Shown here one piece after another: positions 37,333 through 47,768 of a stretch of 64,000 nucleotides of DNA (within the stretch, counting starts at the first letter, position 1; every line of letters begins with the position of its first letter). Origin of the DNA: a virus; IMG/VR virus record IMGVR_UViG_3300036851_000098, positions 15,867 to 79,866 of that record. One strand, 5' to 3'. A model generated the notes under the pieces. It was not told the DNA's origin. It ran no database searches and saw only the letters and a program-made list of their open reading frames with translations. Position numbers and translations under genes: made by a program.

Positions 37333-38052
37333 ATGTCAAGATTTATCCTCGATACGAGGCTGAGTGAAGCTCACTACGTTCTTTGTACGGAAGCCATTCG
37401 TCGTGGCATCATCACGCCGAGCGATCTTAACGAAGGTCGCCGGACAATGGACGAACAGTGGGCATTCTATAACAATCAGCCCCCATTGGCTGCATATCCT
37501 CGTCCGACTGCCCCACACATCTGGGCAGGTAAGGCGAATCATGCAATTGATGCCAACTCCTGGAATGGCGCGGCGCGACGTCTGGCCAACTTCTACGAGA
37601 GTCAAGGCGTTGACGTCGTTTTCAACGTTCCGGGTGAGAATTGGCACTTCCAGCCTACATCTGAGTCGCAGCTTCTCAATGCTGCTAATCGGATTCGGGA
37701 TCGCCGCGATCTCCTAATTTCCAAAGTTGGAGAGACCGAGCCACGTATCAACTTCTTCAAGTTCCAGCTGCACTACATTCACGATCCGGATACTGGGAAG
37801 TCATATTTCCAGCCTGGTCAGAAGCGCCCTGACGAAGGCTACGGAGACAAGTTCACTCCGGAGCTTGAAACTTCAGTTAAGAAGTTCCAACGAGATCACG
37901 ATCTCAAGGCTGACGGCGTCATCGGGCCGATCACCGATCGTAAGATCGATGCCGCGTATACGCGCGCGAAGAACAACCGTACACTCAAGTCTGTTGAGCT
38001 GCATGCCAAGGAGCGTAAGGCTCGGGTCGAGGCTGGAAAGGCGGCGATGTGA
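37333..38052 (+). CDS. endolysin-like protein: M15-type peptidase plus peptidoglycan-binding domain
   Basis: R...EQ..., H..A.D, ENWHF; VKKFQRDH.L.ADGVIGP.T. Confidence 0.75.
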   Translation: MSRFILDTRLSEAHYVLCTEAIRRGIITPSDLNEGRRTMDEQWAFYNNQPPLAAYPRPTAPHIWAGKANHAIDANSWNGAARRLANFYESQGVDVVFNVPGENWHFQPTSESQLLNAANRIRDRRDLLISKVGETEPRINFFKFQLHYIHDPDTGKSYFQPGQKRPDEGYGDKFTPELETSVKKFQRDHDLKADGVIGPITDRKIDAAYTRAKNNRTLKSVELHAKERKARVEAGKAAM

Positions 38053-38844
38053 ATGACACTACCGAGTAGTCCGCCAATTTATCGGAGTTGGACGGAGCTA
38101 GTTGCACCGATTCGTTTTGGCGAAGGTCTGTCCAGCCATGGTTGGGAAACAGGTACCTGGCGTGTTTATGCATTGCAGACGGGCTTGAAGGCCGTTGGTC
38201 GTGACACTGTGCCAGATGGAATGTTTGGTGAGTATACCAAGAAGCAAGTGATCGGATTCCAGGCTAATAATGGGCTTACAGCAGATGGAATCGCTGGACA
38301 GCTAACACAACGTGCACTTGTTAAGAAGGCTGCAACGCGCTTGCGTGACATGTTTTACCCGCGCGTGCCTGAGGGCATGATGTTTGGTATTGCAATCAAG
38401 GAAACATCCGGTTTTGTCGGAGCGACCAACGACTTCGATCCGAGTCTGTCAGATCTGGGTTGCGATTGCGGTGTGATTCAGCGTCGGGTCAAAGGTCCGC
38501 CATATTCCATGGAAACTCTGTTGCTCGCGTTTGATGTTGCCCAGGCATTGATCTGGGGAGCGGTTGACGACGGCGGCGGCGATCCAGGAAAGATGAAGGG
38601 ATATTTGCCGCGTTACGATCGGCTTACTCGCGCACAGCCGACTCTTTCTGAGCTGACTAAGCGTAAAGCCGTGATCATCGCTCACAACGCACCGTTCATG
38701 TATGAGCAGTTCGTTGACCACGGGCGTTTGACGACTCCGAATGCGCTTGCGAAGTGGACACTCAAGCCTGGTGGCGGTCACTATACGCATGCCGAGTGGC
38801 TAGAAGTCTACACGAGCGAAGTTCTTTCATTCGTGACTGGGTAA
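38053..38844 (+). CDS. peptidoglycan-binding protein with putative lytic domain
   Basis: V.ALQ..L...DG.FG..T...V..FQ.NNGL.ADGIAG..T; lysozyme-like KETS...D.G..Q. Confidence 0.7.
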   Translation: MTLPSSPPIYRSWTELVAPIRFGEGLSSHGWETGTWRVYALQTGLKAVGRDTVPDGMFGEYTKKQVIGFQANNGLTADGIAGQLTQRALVKKAATRLRDMFYPRVPEGMMFGIAIKETSGFVGATNDFDPSLSDLGCDCGVIQRRVKGPPYSMETLLLAFDVAQALIWGAVDDGGGDPGKMKGYLPRYDRLTRAQPTLSELTKRKAVIIAHNAPFMYEQFVDHGRLTTPNALAKWTLKPGGGHYTHAEWLEVYTSEVLSFVTG

Positions 38845-38877
38845 CTACTTAGAACGCTAACCAAGGAGGCGATTTTC

Positions 38878-39231
38878 TTGGCACAGACCAAGGCAGAGCG
38901 TAGTGCAGCAGCGAAGAAGGCTGCCGCAACTCGGAAGAAGAACGCCAAGGCCACTGAACGAGGGGTCGAAGCAAGGAAGGCTCGGGCTATGCAGGCCACG
39001 GCCGAGGATGTCGCGTCGATGGAAGAGCCCCAGCAGGCTGAGGGTCTTTCTGAGTACCGACCGAAGCACAAGGCTCTTCAGGCTGCTGGTTTGGATCAGC
39101 AGGCCGCACATAAGGTGCGGGAGGCCGAGCGGCAGGCGGAACGTGACAGGCATCTTGCACTCACTGGTGATGTCAGTCGCGGTCTTGTTCGTAAGAGCCG
39201 TGGGATTCCGCGCAAGGGCCGGAAGAACTAA
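38878..39231 (+). CDS. basic Ala/Lys/Arg-rich protein
   Basis: AAGGAGG SD; RSAAAKKAAATRKKN. Confidence 0.65.
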   Translation: MAQTKAERSAAAKKAAATRKKNAKATERGVEARKARAMQATAEDVASMEEPQQAEGLSEYRPKHKALQAAGLDQQAAHKVREAERQAERDRHLALTGDVSRGLVRKSRGIPRKGRKN

Positions 39232-39261
39232 CATTCAACATATTTCGAAAGGGGGTGGAGA

Positions 39262-39687
39262 ATGGAACAGAGCATTCTAAAGAGTACCAAGAAGTATGTG
39301 GGTCTTGATCCTGAAAACACAGCATTCGATCTTGACATCCTCACCCTTATTAACTCGGCGTTCTCCACCATCCACGATCTGGGTGTGGGTCCTGATAGTG
39401 GCTTCGCTATCGAAGACGAAGAAACGGTGTGGCAGGATTTTCTTGATGAGGACCCCGTGCAGCTTGGGCATATCAAAATCGTCGTCTGGACTCGGACACG
39501 GCTGGGATTTGATCCTCCTACTCAGCAATTCCTTATCGAGGCAATCAACAAGCAGCGTGAGGAAGCTGAGTGGCGACTCAACACGAACCGCGAAGCAGTC
39601 GCGTGGGTCGATCCTGATCCGGCTGATGTCGTAGATGAAGACGAATTGGTCGTCCTCGACGGCGGCGACGCGGAGGATTCACCATGA
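39262..39687 (+). CDS. head-to-tail connector/adaptor
   Basis: SIL.STKK..G......FD.DI...INSAF..I..LGVGP..GF.I; RL.FDPP; EWRL. Confidence 0.75.
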   Translation: MEQSILKSTKKYVGLDPENTAFDLDILTLINSAFSTIHDLGVGPDSGFAIEDEETVWQDFLDEDPVQLGHIKIVVWTRTRLGFDPPTQQFLIEAINKQREEAEWRLNTNREAVAWVDPDPADVVDEDELVVLDGGDAEDSP

Positions 39688-42512
39688 GTCGAATCGTTTT
39701 CAAGCTTCGACGAGATTTCGCCGCAGATTGGACTGCGGCAAATCCTGTCCTTTCTGATGGCGAGCCTGGATTGGAGATCGATACCGGGAATCTGAAGGTC
39801 GGCGATGGAATCACCGCTTGGAATGAGCTGGATTATTTTGTCGAAGCAGGATCGGTTGGGCCAGCAGGCCCGGCAGGTCCCGAAGGCCCGGCAGGTCCCG
39901 AAGGCCCGGCAGGTCCCGAAGGCCCTGCAGGCGCCGATGGCGCAGATGGCGCACCTGGTCCGGCAGGTCCAGCTGGTGAACCGGGTTCAGCAGGAGCTGA
40001 TGGCGAAGACGGTGCCACAGGTCCGCAGGGCGCAACTGGCCCCGCAGGGCCGCAGGGTGTTGAAGGACCGCAAGGCGGGCAGGGGCCTCAGGGTGCTGAC
40101 GGCACTTCCTTCATTTACCAAGGTGAATGGAACAATACCGATACATACAATCCTCTTGATGTTGTTCGCAGTCCAATTTCTTTTGATACGTATATTGCAG
40201 TTCAAGAGAATACTGGAGTAAACCCCGACACCGATACGACGAACACGTATTGGGATCCGATTGCTATTGAAGGCGTTATGGGTCCCGAAGGCCCGCAAGG
40301 TGAGCAGGGGGCAACCGGTCCTGCGGGTCCTCAAGGTATTCAGGGGATTCAGGGTGAGCAAGGCGAAACTGGTCCTGCTGGTCCCGAAGGCCCCGAAGGT
40401 CCCGAAGGACCTCAGGGTGAGACCGGCCCTATGGGCCTACCCTCTCCTGGTGCTGTGTTGTTCTTCGAAACGTTCGACGTGGATCTTTCCAACTATTCAC
40501 AGCCCTCACGGGGTGCTGTGTCTGGTGGATTGTTCAACGCGGTTACGCCGTTCAATGTGGACACTGTTATGTCAACAGTGCTCAAGTTCCCGTACGGCGT
40601 CATCATGCATGAAATCAAGTATGTAATCGGTTCGGGTGGCACCACTCCTAATGGCGTTGGCGTCATGCTTCGATATCTTGACGATAACAACTACGTCTTC
40701 GTCAGGCATGAGTATATTGCCAACCGTCTTGGTGTGTACAGGAAAATTGGCGGCGCTTCGCCCGCACTTGTTGGTCGAATCAATGTTGCGGCGACGGCTG
40801 TCGGAGCTACTCGTTGGCTGAGAGCTTGGCTAACGCCAGATGGCTATGCGCATGCTGCACTATTTTCTTCTGACCCCAACGTCGATACTCCTCCGGATCC
40901 AATCTCGGTTACCTCAGAACAGGGAACGGTTCTCAGTTCGAACGCCACGTTTGGCGCTATGCGCAACGATTTGGCGGCTGGTCTATATTTCAATCTGCCT
41001 TCGGCTACGACGAAGATCGACCATCATAAGGTCTACGTTGCATCTCGCGGGCCTAAGGGTGACACTGGTTCTACGGGAGTAACTGGTGCTACTGGGGCTA
41101 CCGGAGCAACTGGTGCCACTGGGGCTACCGGACCTGCCGGGCCGACTGGTGCTGAGGGCGATTCGGCCTATGAGGTTGCTGTCGCGAATGGGTTTGTGGG
41201 AACTGAGGAAGACTGGCTCGAGTCGTTGGGCGGTATCCAAGGTCCTGCGGGCGAAGATGGTTCGACATGGCATTCTGGAACAGGCGCTCCTTCTGGGGCT
41301 ATCCATGATGTCGGCGATTGGTATCTGGATGATTCCAATGGCAATGTCTATGAGAAAACTGGTGCTTCTTCGTGGACGCTTCGAGATAATTTGACAGGTC
41401 CACAGGGTATTCAGGGTATTCAGGGTGATCCTGGTGAAGGTGGAAGCGCCGCTGTTTGGCGTTCTGGTACAGGAGCTCCTTCGGGTGCTCTCGGTAATAT
41501 CGGCGACTGGTATCTGGATGATGCTAATGGCGATGTATATGAAAAGACCGGATCGTCCACTTACACGCTTCGTGACAACATTATGGGGCCCGCTGGTGCT
41601 GATGGTACTATTGGTGCCGATGGCGCGGATGGATCAGTTTGGCGTTCGGGTTCCGGAGCTCCTTCGGGAGCTCTAGGAGTAATTGGTGATTGGTATCTTG
41701 ACACCGCTAATGGCGATGTGTATGAGAAGACTGGTTCTTCTACTTACACTCTGCGTGATAACCTTACTGGCCCAGCTGGTGCAGATGGAACTGACGGGTC
41801 GGTTTGGCGATCTGGTACTGGTGCACCTTCTGGTGCGTTAGGTGTAATTGGAGACTGGTATCTGAACGACGCTAACGGAGATGTTTACGAGAAGACTGGC
41901 TCTTCTACGTATACTCTGCGTGACAACCTTACTGGTCCTACGGGTGCGGCTGGTGCCGATGGCGCTGACGGAGCCGATGGATCGCCTGGCGCAGCCGGTG
42001 CGGATGGTGTTGATGGATCAGTTTGGCGTTCGGGTTCCGGAGCTCCTTCGGGAGCTCTGGGGGTGATTGGCGATTGGTATCTTGACACCGCTAATGGCGA
42101 TGTGTATGAGAAGACTGGTTCTTCTACTTATACACTTCGAACCAATATTACTGGGCCGCAAGGTCCTGCTGCATCAAACGTCTATTACCACACGTTTAAT
42201 TTCACAGTCATGGGCACTGTGGCTGATGGAATCACAGTTCCTGATGTTCGTATTAGGTTGGCGACGGGACAGACAGCTCGTCTAATTGTTGTGGAAGCGA
42301 ATATTGTTACCGGCTCTATCACCATTCAACCGCGTATCAATGGTTCTAATGCAGGCTCTTCGTTCTCCACCGATTCGGATGCAGCTTGGGAAACGAGTGC
42401 AACATTGAACACCTCGCTATCTGATGGTGATGTGCTCGATTTTACAACCGCTTCTGGTGCATCTTCTCCGGCGAACCTGACTGTCGCATTTGTGGTGGAG
42501 TATACGATCTAA
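39684..42512 (+). CDS. collagen-like fibre/minor tail protein with five ~45-aa repeats
   Basis: N-terminal RR..A..W...NPVL..GEPG.E.DT...KVGDG...W; Gly-X-Y tracts; W.SG.GAPSGA.G.IGDWYL....GDVYEKT repeats. Confidence 0.88.
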   Translation: MSRIVFKLRRDFAADWTAANPVLSDGEPGLEIDTGNLKVGDGITAWNELDYFVEAGSVGPAGPAGPEGPAGPEGPAGPEGPAGADGADGAPGPAGPAGEPGSAGADGEDGATGPQGATGPAGPQGVEGPQGGQGPQGADGTSFIYQGEWNNTDTYNPLDVVRSPISFDTYIAVQENTGVNPDTDTTNTYWDPIAIEGVMGPEGPQGEQGATGPAGPQGIQGIQGEQGETGPAGPEGPEGPEGPQGETGPMGLPSPGAVLFFETFDVDLSNYSQPSRGAVSGGLFNAVTPFNVDTVMSTVLKFPYGVIMHEIKYVIGSGGTTPNGVGVMLRYLDDNNYVFVRHEYIANRLGVYRKIGGASPALVGRINVAATAVGATRWLRAWLTPDGYAHAALFSSDPNVDTPPDPISVTSEQGTVLSSNATFGAMRNDLAAGLYFNLPSATTKIDHHKVYVASRGPKGDTGSTGVTGATGATGATGATGATGPAGPTGAEGDSAYEVAVANGFVGTEEDWLESLGGIQGPAGEDGSTWHSGTGAPSGAIHDVGDWYLDDSNGNVYEKTGASSWTLRDNLTGPQGIQGIQGDPGEGGSAAVWRSGTGAPSGALGNIGDWYLDDANGDVYEKTGSSTYTLRDNIMGPAGADGTIGADGADGSVWRSGSGAPSGALGVIGDWYLDTANGDVYEKTGSSTYTLRDNLTGPAGADGTDGSVWRSGTGAPSGALGVIGDWYLNDANGDVYEKTGSSTYTLRDNLTGPTGAAGADGADGADGSPGAAGADGVDGSVWRSGSGAPSGALGVIGDWYLDTANGDVYEKTGSSTYTLRTNITGPQGPAASNVYYHTFNFTVMGTVADGITVPDVRIRLATGQTARLIVVEANIVTGSITIQPRINGSNAGSSFSTDSDAAWETSATLNTSLSDGDVLDFTTASGASSPANLTVAFVVEYTI

Positions 42513-43858
42513 TGCCTGCGCCTCCGACACCCACTACCATTGGCGATGTTCTTTCAACAGTTAACTCAGCATCAGTGATTATTACAACCACTGATGCTGT
42601 AGCAGCTGGTGAATCGATTATCGTTGCGGCCATGAGAAAAACTAATGGTTGTGATTTGGCTCATGTTCAAGATTCTGGCGGAAATATTTATGAGATAGAA
42701 GGCACAACCACAACGGGTCTAGCGGGCGGAATTGCTGTTGCTACTGCTAAAACAGCATTACCTGTAGGATCGACAATTACAGTGACTTTCACTGTAACTG
42801 CTAATACGGATCCAAAGTATGCAGCAGCATATAAAACTTCGACAGCTGTTGTAATTGATCAAAGAGCACTAGCAACAGGCGCTGCTACAACTGCTTGGTC
42901 ATCGGGCGCTACTGGGACTACTAGCCATGCCAATGAGTTAGTATTCACAATGGCGGCAACTAATACATCACCTGTTTCTTCAACTCCTGATGGTTCTCAG
43001 ATTGAACTGTATGACAATTCAACTACCGGTGCTGCTTTTGTAGCCCAATACGAATTGATTAGTTCTATTGGTACGCCAAGTGGTTCCGGAGTTTGGTCTA
43101 CGTCTGCGACAAACTGGCTTGCTGTTTGTGTGACTTTACGTGACGCATCGACAGGTATTACCAGAGAAACAGTCGGTACGCCTACCGCCGTTACCACATT
43201 TGGCCAGGGTGGACAAGGATTGACCTCGACAATTACAACCACTGGAGCTATTCCATCTGGAGCTACAGCATTTCTTGTTGTTGGTAGTTCGGTTGTTGGC
43301 GCGGGTGTTCTTTCCGTTAAAGATAACGACGGTAATCTATGGCATAGAGTCGCCAATCAGACATCAGCAAATTCCGTTAATGCTTCAATTTTCGCTCGTT
43401 ATATGCGAGCTGGGTTGGCTTCTGGGAAGATTATTACAATTACGTATGCCAGCGGATCATCTAAGACAGCACAAGCGGTTATTGGCTATATGACTGGGCG
43501 TGCTTTAGTAGATGCGGTTGCTAGCGCTGGTGGAGGATCTGGAACAGCGTGGTCCACAGGAGCGAGTGGCGCGACGGTCTTGTCTGATGAGCAATCGGTT
43601 GCCGTTGCGAATGCTAGTTCGGCGACATCGAATTCAAACACAACTGGTTCGTCTCCAGCAATGACTGAGATGAATGACATTAGTGGTAACTCCCGAGCTA
43701 CGGTGCTTACCCGAGCAAGTTCGTCTATTGGCTCAGGTACTGCTGTTACTGCAGCAGGAACATGGGCTGCTGGGTCTACTTGGAACGCAGCGGTGGCAAC
43801 ATTTGCTGGCGTACTTGATGGTGTGGAGCCGTTCACGAACTTTAATGTGATTGGCTAA
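42512..43858 (+). CDS. beta-rich virion/fibre-associated protein with internal duplication
   Basis: Two similar halves (TITTT.A...G, V.D..GN.Y/W, AWS.GA.G.T...E). Confidence 0.7.
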   Translation: MPAPPTPTTIGDVLSTVNSASVIITTTDAVAAGESIIVAAMRKTNGCDLAHVQDSGGNIYEIEGTTTTGLAGGIAVATAKTALPVGSTITVTFTVTANTDPKYAAAYKTSTAVVIDQRALATGAATTAWSSGATGTTSHANELVFTMAATNTSPVSSTPDGSQIELYDNSTTGAAFVAQYELISSIGTPSGSGVWSTSATNWLAVCVTLRDASTGITRETVGTPTAVTTFGQGGQGLTSTITTTGAIPSGATAFLVVGSSVVGAGVLSVKDNDGNLWHRVANQTSANSVNASIFARYMRAGLASGKIITITYASGSSKTAQAVIGYMTGRALVDAVASAGGGSGTAWSTGASGATVLSDEQSVAVANASSATSNSNTTGSSPAMTEMNDISGNSRATVLTRASSSIGSGTAVTAAGTWAAGSTWNAAVATFAGVLDGVEPFTNFNVIG

Positions 43859-43905
43859 TGTTCGAAGCTATTCGTCAGCAATTGAAAAGGAGGTGAAGCT
43901 TCAAA

Positions 43906-45114
43906 ATGGGTAGTAATCTTGTCGTAGTGGCTATCCCCGATGAGAACGATCGTGTATGGAAGGTCTCGAGCGAAAAGATTCCTCATCTCACCGTCCTCTT
44001 CCTGGGTGATGTGGACGAGGTTTCAAATCTCGATCAGATCGTCCAGTTCGTGGAGCATGCGGCCGAGCAGACGCTGCGGCGGTTCTATCTTCCGGTGGAC
44101 CGTCGCGGTGAGCTTGGCGCCGACAAAGCGGACGTTCTCTTTTTCAAGAAGGGACGTTACGACTTCAAGGCGATTCGAGACTTCCGAACGGCGCTTCTTC
44201 AGGACAGCAACATCAGGAAAGCGTACGATTCTACAACACAATTCGAAACGCCGCCTGCGGTTGGTTCTCCTGGGCAGTCCTGGATCCCTCATCTGACTCT
44301 CGGCTATCCGACGTCGCCAGCCAAGCCTGAGAAGGGAGATCAGTATCCCGGATTCTACGACGTCTGCTTCCACAAGATCGCTGTGTGGGTGGGAGATTAC
44401 GAGGGCTCCGAGTTTCTGTTGAAGGATCAGTGGGAAGAGATGGAGCTAGCTGAGGTTGCGCCAATGGACGTAGCTATGAGCGATCTGGTAAGTCGGAATC
44501 AGGCTCGTATTGCTCTCGGCCTTAAGGAGATCGAAGCCGAGCTCGAACACTATGGCGTGAAGGGTATGCGTTGGGGACAGCGTAGGTCGGAGCGTCAGCT
44601 TGCTGTGGCTCAGAAGCGAAGGAATGACGCTAAGACTCTGGAAGAAGCTGCTGCTCGTAGAGGCGAAGGGGCTACTCGTGGAATCCTTGAGCGACTCGCT
44701 GCTCAAGAGCGAAGCGGAGCGCTTAAGCTTGAAGCCAAAGCTAGGTCAAGACAAGAGAAATTGGCTGAGAAAACGGCTACAGTAGAGCCTACCGCTAAGT
44801 CTGTTGTTCCTCCTGGGTCGAAGCGTAAGACTAAAATCGATGTTGAAGGTGGAGAAAATCATCCGGCTACGGAAGACGCGCTTAACGTAGCTAAGGCTCA
44901 AGTTAAATTGCAAAAGAGTGGTGCTGCTGCTCTCTCTAATAAAGAGCTTCGTGAAGTTGCTAATCGGCTGCAACTAGAGCAACAAGTCAAGCAGCTGTCT
45001 ACGTCTGGTGGACGTAAGTTTGTAACTAACCTGTTGAGAGAACAGGGCAAGCAACAGACTCAAAGTCTTATCAACGAGCAGATCAGAGACTTGCGGCGTC
45101 GCCAGGCAGCATAA
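43906..45114 (+). CDS. 2H phosphoesterase fused to HYGVKGMRWG head-associated domain
   Basis: Two HxT motifs (PHLTVLFLG, PHLTLGY); ELEHYGVKGMRWG; LSN.EL.....RLQLEQ. Confidence 0.78.
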   Translation: MGSNLVVVAIPDENDRVWKVSSEKIPHLTVLFLGDVDEVSNLDQIVQFVEHAAEQTLRRFYLPVDRRGELGADKADVLFFKKGRYDFKAIRDFRTALLQDSNIRKAYDSTTQFETPPAVGSPGQSWIPHLTLGYPTSPAKPEKGDQYPGFYDVCFHKIAVWVGDYEGSEFLLKDQWEEMELAEVAPMDVAMSDLVSRNQARIALGLKEIEAELEHYGVKGMRWGQRRSERQLAVAQKRRNDAKTLEEAAARRGEGATRGILERLAAQERSGALKLEAKARSRQEKLAEKTATVEPTAKSVVPPGSKRKTKIDVEGGENHPATEDALNVAKAQVKLQKSGAAALSNKELREVANRLQLEQQVKQLSTSGGRKFVTNLLREQGKQQTQSLINEQIRDLRRRQAA

Positions 45115-45128
45115 GAAAGGAGGGGTAC

Positions 45129-46874
45129 GTGGCACTGTCCAACAAAGCAGTCCCGGTGTATTACGGGCAGTTCCGCGATGCGGTGATGCGGGGCGACATT
45201 CCGGTCAACCGGGAAATCTCACTAGAGATGAACCGGATCGATTCGCTCATCGCAAACCCCAACATCTATTACGACGATCAGGCAGTGGAGGGCTTTCTCC
45301 GCTTTTGCGAGGGCGAGATGACCCTTACAGATGGAAACGATCTCCACCTCCTATTCACATTCAAGCTATGGGCCGAACAGATCTTCGGCTGGTATTACTT
45401 CGTTGACCGGTCGATTTACGTCCCCTCTGATGGTAATCACGGGGGTCATTACGAGACTAGGACGATCAAAATCCGGTTGATCAAGAAGTTCTACCTTATC
45501 GTAGCCCGAGGTGCGGCCAAATCGATGTTCGCTGCATTAATCCAGGCATACTTCCTAACCGTCGATACGGCGACTACTCATCAGATCACAGCGGCCCCGA
45601 CCATGAAGCAGGCAGAAGAGGTCATGTCCCCCTTCCGTACTGCCATCACCAGAGCTAGAGGTCCGTTGTTCAAGTTCCTTACCGAGGGATCTCTGCAGAA
45701 TACTACCGGAGATCGGATGCTTCGGCAGAAGTTGGCAGCAACTAAGAAGGGAGTCGAGAACTTCCTTACTGGATCACTGCTTGAAGTCCGTCCAATGACC
45801 ATTAATAAGCTTCAGGGTCTTCGAACCAAGATCGCTTCAATCGATGAGTGGCTTTCTGGTGACCTTCGAGAGGATGTAATTGGCGCAGTTGAGCAGGGTG
45901 CTTCTAAGCTTGATGACTATTTGATCATTGCTATCTCTTCTGAGGGCACTGTTCGAAATGGTTCCGGTGACACAATCAAAATGGAACTTGCTGACATCCT
46001 CAAGGGTGAGTATGCAGCTCCTCACGTTTCAATCTGGCACTACAAACTGGACGAATTGGAGGAAGTTGGCGATCCGTCTACGTGGTTGAAGGCGAATCCT
46101 AATCTTGGGCAAACAGTTACATACGAGACTTATCAGCTCGATGTCGAAAGAGCTGAAAAAGCTCCAGCTGCTCGTAACGATATTCTTGCCAAGCGTTTTG
46201 GTATCCCGATGGAGGGTTACACATACTTCTTCACGTATGAAGAGACTCTTCCGCATCGTGTTCGTGAGTTCTGGCAGCTTCCGTGTTCTCTGGGTATGGA
46301 TGCTTCACAGGGTGACGACTTCTGGGCGTTTACTTTCTTGTTCCCGCTAGGCGGAAGCCGATTTGGTGTAAAAACTCGCAGCTACATCACCGAGCGGACG
46401 CTCATGATGTTGCAGCCTGCCATGCGCCAGAAGTATGAAGAGTTCATCCAAGAGGGAAGTCTTCATGTAATGCCGGGAACCGTTCTCGAATGGGAACAGA
46501 TCTATGATGACATGGATGCGTTTATCATCAAAGCAGAGTACGACGTTCGATGCTTTGGTTACGACCCGTACAATGCTAAAGAGTTCGTTACTCGATGGGA
46601 AGCTGAAAATGGCCCATTCGGTATTGAGAAGGTGATTCAGGGTGCGAAGACTGAGTCCGTGCCGTTAGGAGAGTTGAAAAAGCTTTCAGAAGATCGTTTT
46701 CTCATATTTGACCAGTCTCTGATGTCATTCGCCATGGGTAATGCTATTACTCTGGAAGATACAAATGGTAATCGCAAGCTGCTTAAGAAGCGCCAAGAGG
46801 AGAAAATCGACAACGTGGCGGCCATGATGGATGCTTACATCGCGTTCAAGGCAAACACAGAGGCATTCGAATGA
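45129..46874 (+). CDS. terL: terminase large subunit
   Basis: ARGAAKS Walker A, IDEW Walker B, G.D.SQGDDF, YDPYNA, KIDNVAA.MDA. Confidence 0.93.
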   Translation: MALSNKAVPVYYGQFRDAVMRGDIPVNREISLEMNRIDSLIANPNIYYDDQAVEGFLRFCEGEMTLTDGNDLHLLFTFKLWAEQIFGWYYFVDRSIYVPSDGNHGGHYETRTIKIRLIKKFYLIVARGAAKSMFAALIQAYFLTVDTATTHQITAAPTMKQAEEVMSPFRTAITRARGPLFKFLTEGSLQNTTGDRMLRQKLAATKKGVENFLTGSLLEVRPMTINKLQGLRTKIASIDEWLSGDLREDVIGAVEQGASKLDDYLIIAISSEGTVRNGSGDTIKMELADILKGEYAAPHVSIWHYKLDELEEVGDPSTWLKANPNLGQTVTYETYQLDVERAEKAPAARNDILAKRFGIPMEGYTYFFTYEETLPHRVREFWQLPCSLGMDASQGDDFWAFTFLFPLGGSRFGVKTRSYITERTLMMLQPAMRQKYEEFIQEGSLHVMPGTVLEWEQIYDDMDAFIIKAEYDVRCFGYDPYNAKEFVTRWEAENGPFGIEKVIQGAKTESVPLGELKKLSEDRFLIFDQSLMSFAMGNAITLEDTNGNRKLLKKRQEEKIDNVAAMMDAYIAFKANTEAFE

Positions 46875-47110
46875 ACAATACTTACAGAGCACACATTTTC
46901 AAGCAATGTCAAGTCGGGCTACGTGAGGAAGTAAAGCTTAGATTGTTTACTACATTAGGTGATCCAATTGACCTATGTGGTAACGATGAAGAAGATCCCG
47001 ATATTCCCATCCCGGAGGATCTCTCTGAGCATGTGAATTCGGAAACTCCACATCCTATCTACGATGACGGGCCGTCTCTTGTCCTCCTTTATGAGAATGC
47101 GAAGGTTTGA
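46871..47110 (+). CDS. hypothetical virion-associated protein
   Basis: Coupled ORF; H....TPHPIYD. Confidence 0.6.
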   Translation: MNNTYRAHIFKQCQVGLREEVKLRLFTTLGDPIDLCGNDEEDPDIPIPEDLSEHVNSETPHPIYDDGPSLVLLYENAKV

Positions 47111-47112
47111 TC

Positions 47113-47766
47113 ATGTCGCTCCAAACCCGTCTAAGTGACCTGATCACTGCGGTCGGCACTGATTACAAGCAGCTTCGAACCTGGCTTACCGGATCTGCTT
47201 CTGGAGATCTTACTGGTCTTACAACCACGGACAAGACTAGCGTTGTGGCGGCCATTAACGAGGTTGATGCGCAGTCCAGTGCTCCTCCGGATGCCAGTAC
47301 TACGGTCAAGGGGCTCATCGAGATTGCTACATTGGCTGAGGTAAGTACAGGCACGGATTCTGATCGTGCAGTTACGCCTGCGGGTGTTAAGCAGGAGACT
47401 GATGCCGTAAGAGACGCAATTCTAGGTGTCGGAGTTCCTGCCGCATTGGACACTTTGGACGAGTTGGCTGCCGCTTTGGGCGACGATGCCAACTTCGCTT
47501 CGTCAGTTACTACCTCTCTGGCTGGAAAGCAGCCGCTTGACACAGATTTGACAGCCATTGCAGCGCTAGTATCGGCTGCAGACAAGTTCCCGTATGCTAC
47601 GGGAGCAGGTACCTGGACGTTGGGTGACGTGTCGGCGTTTGCCCGAACGTTGCTCGACGATGCTGACGCAGCGACTACTCGTGGGACGCTTTCGGTTTAC
47701 AGCCAAGTCGAGCTTGGTAACCCTGATACCGATCTTGCAGCGCTCTACGCAACCGCTAAGGCGTAA
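47113..47766 (+). CDS. fibre-like structural protein
   Basis: L.TTDKTS.VAAINE; ASTTVKG..EIAT; PAALDTL.ELAAALG.D.NF. Confidence 0.75.
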   Translation: MSLQTRLSDLITAVGTDYKQLRTWLTGSASGDLTGLTTTDKTSVVAAINEVDAQSSAPPDASTTVKGLIEIATLAEVSTGTDSDRAVTPAGVKQETDAVRDAILGVGVPAALDTLDELAAALGDDANFASSVTTSLAGKQPLDTDLTAIAALVSAADKFPYATGAGTWTLGDVSAFARTLLDDADAATTRGTLSVYSQVELGNPDTDLAALYATAKA

Positions 47767-47768
47767 TC

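Noticed and set aside
41628-42134. Diversity-generating retroelement TR/VR pair
   Set aside because: No reverse transcriptase in the window; both copies are in-frame coding repeats with few, synonymous-type differences
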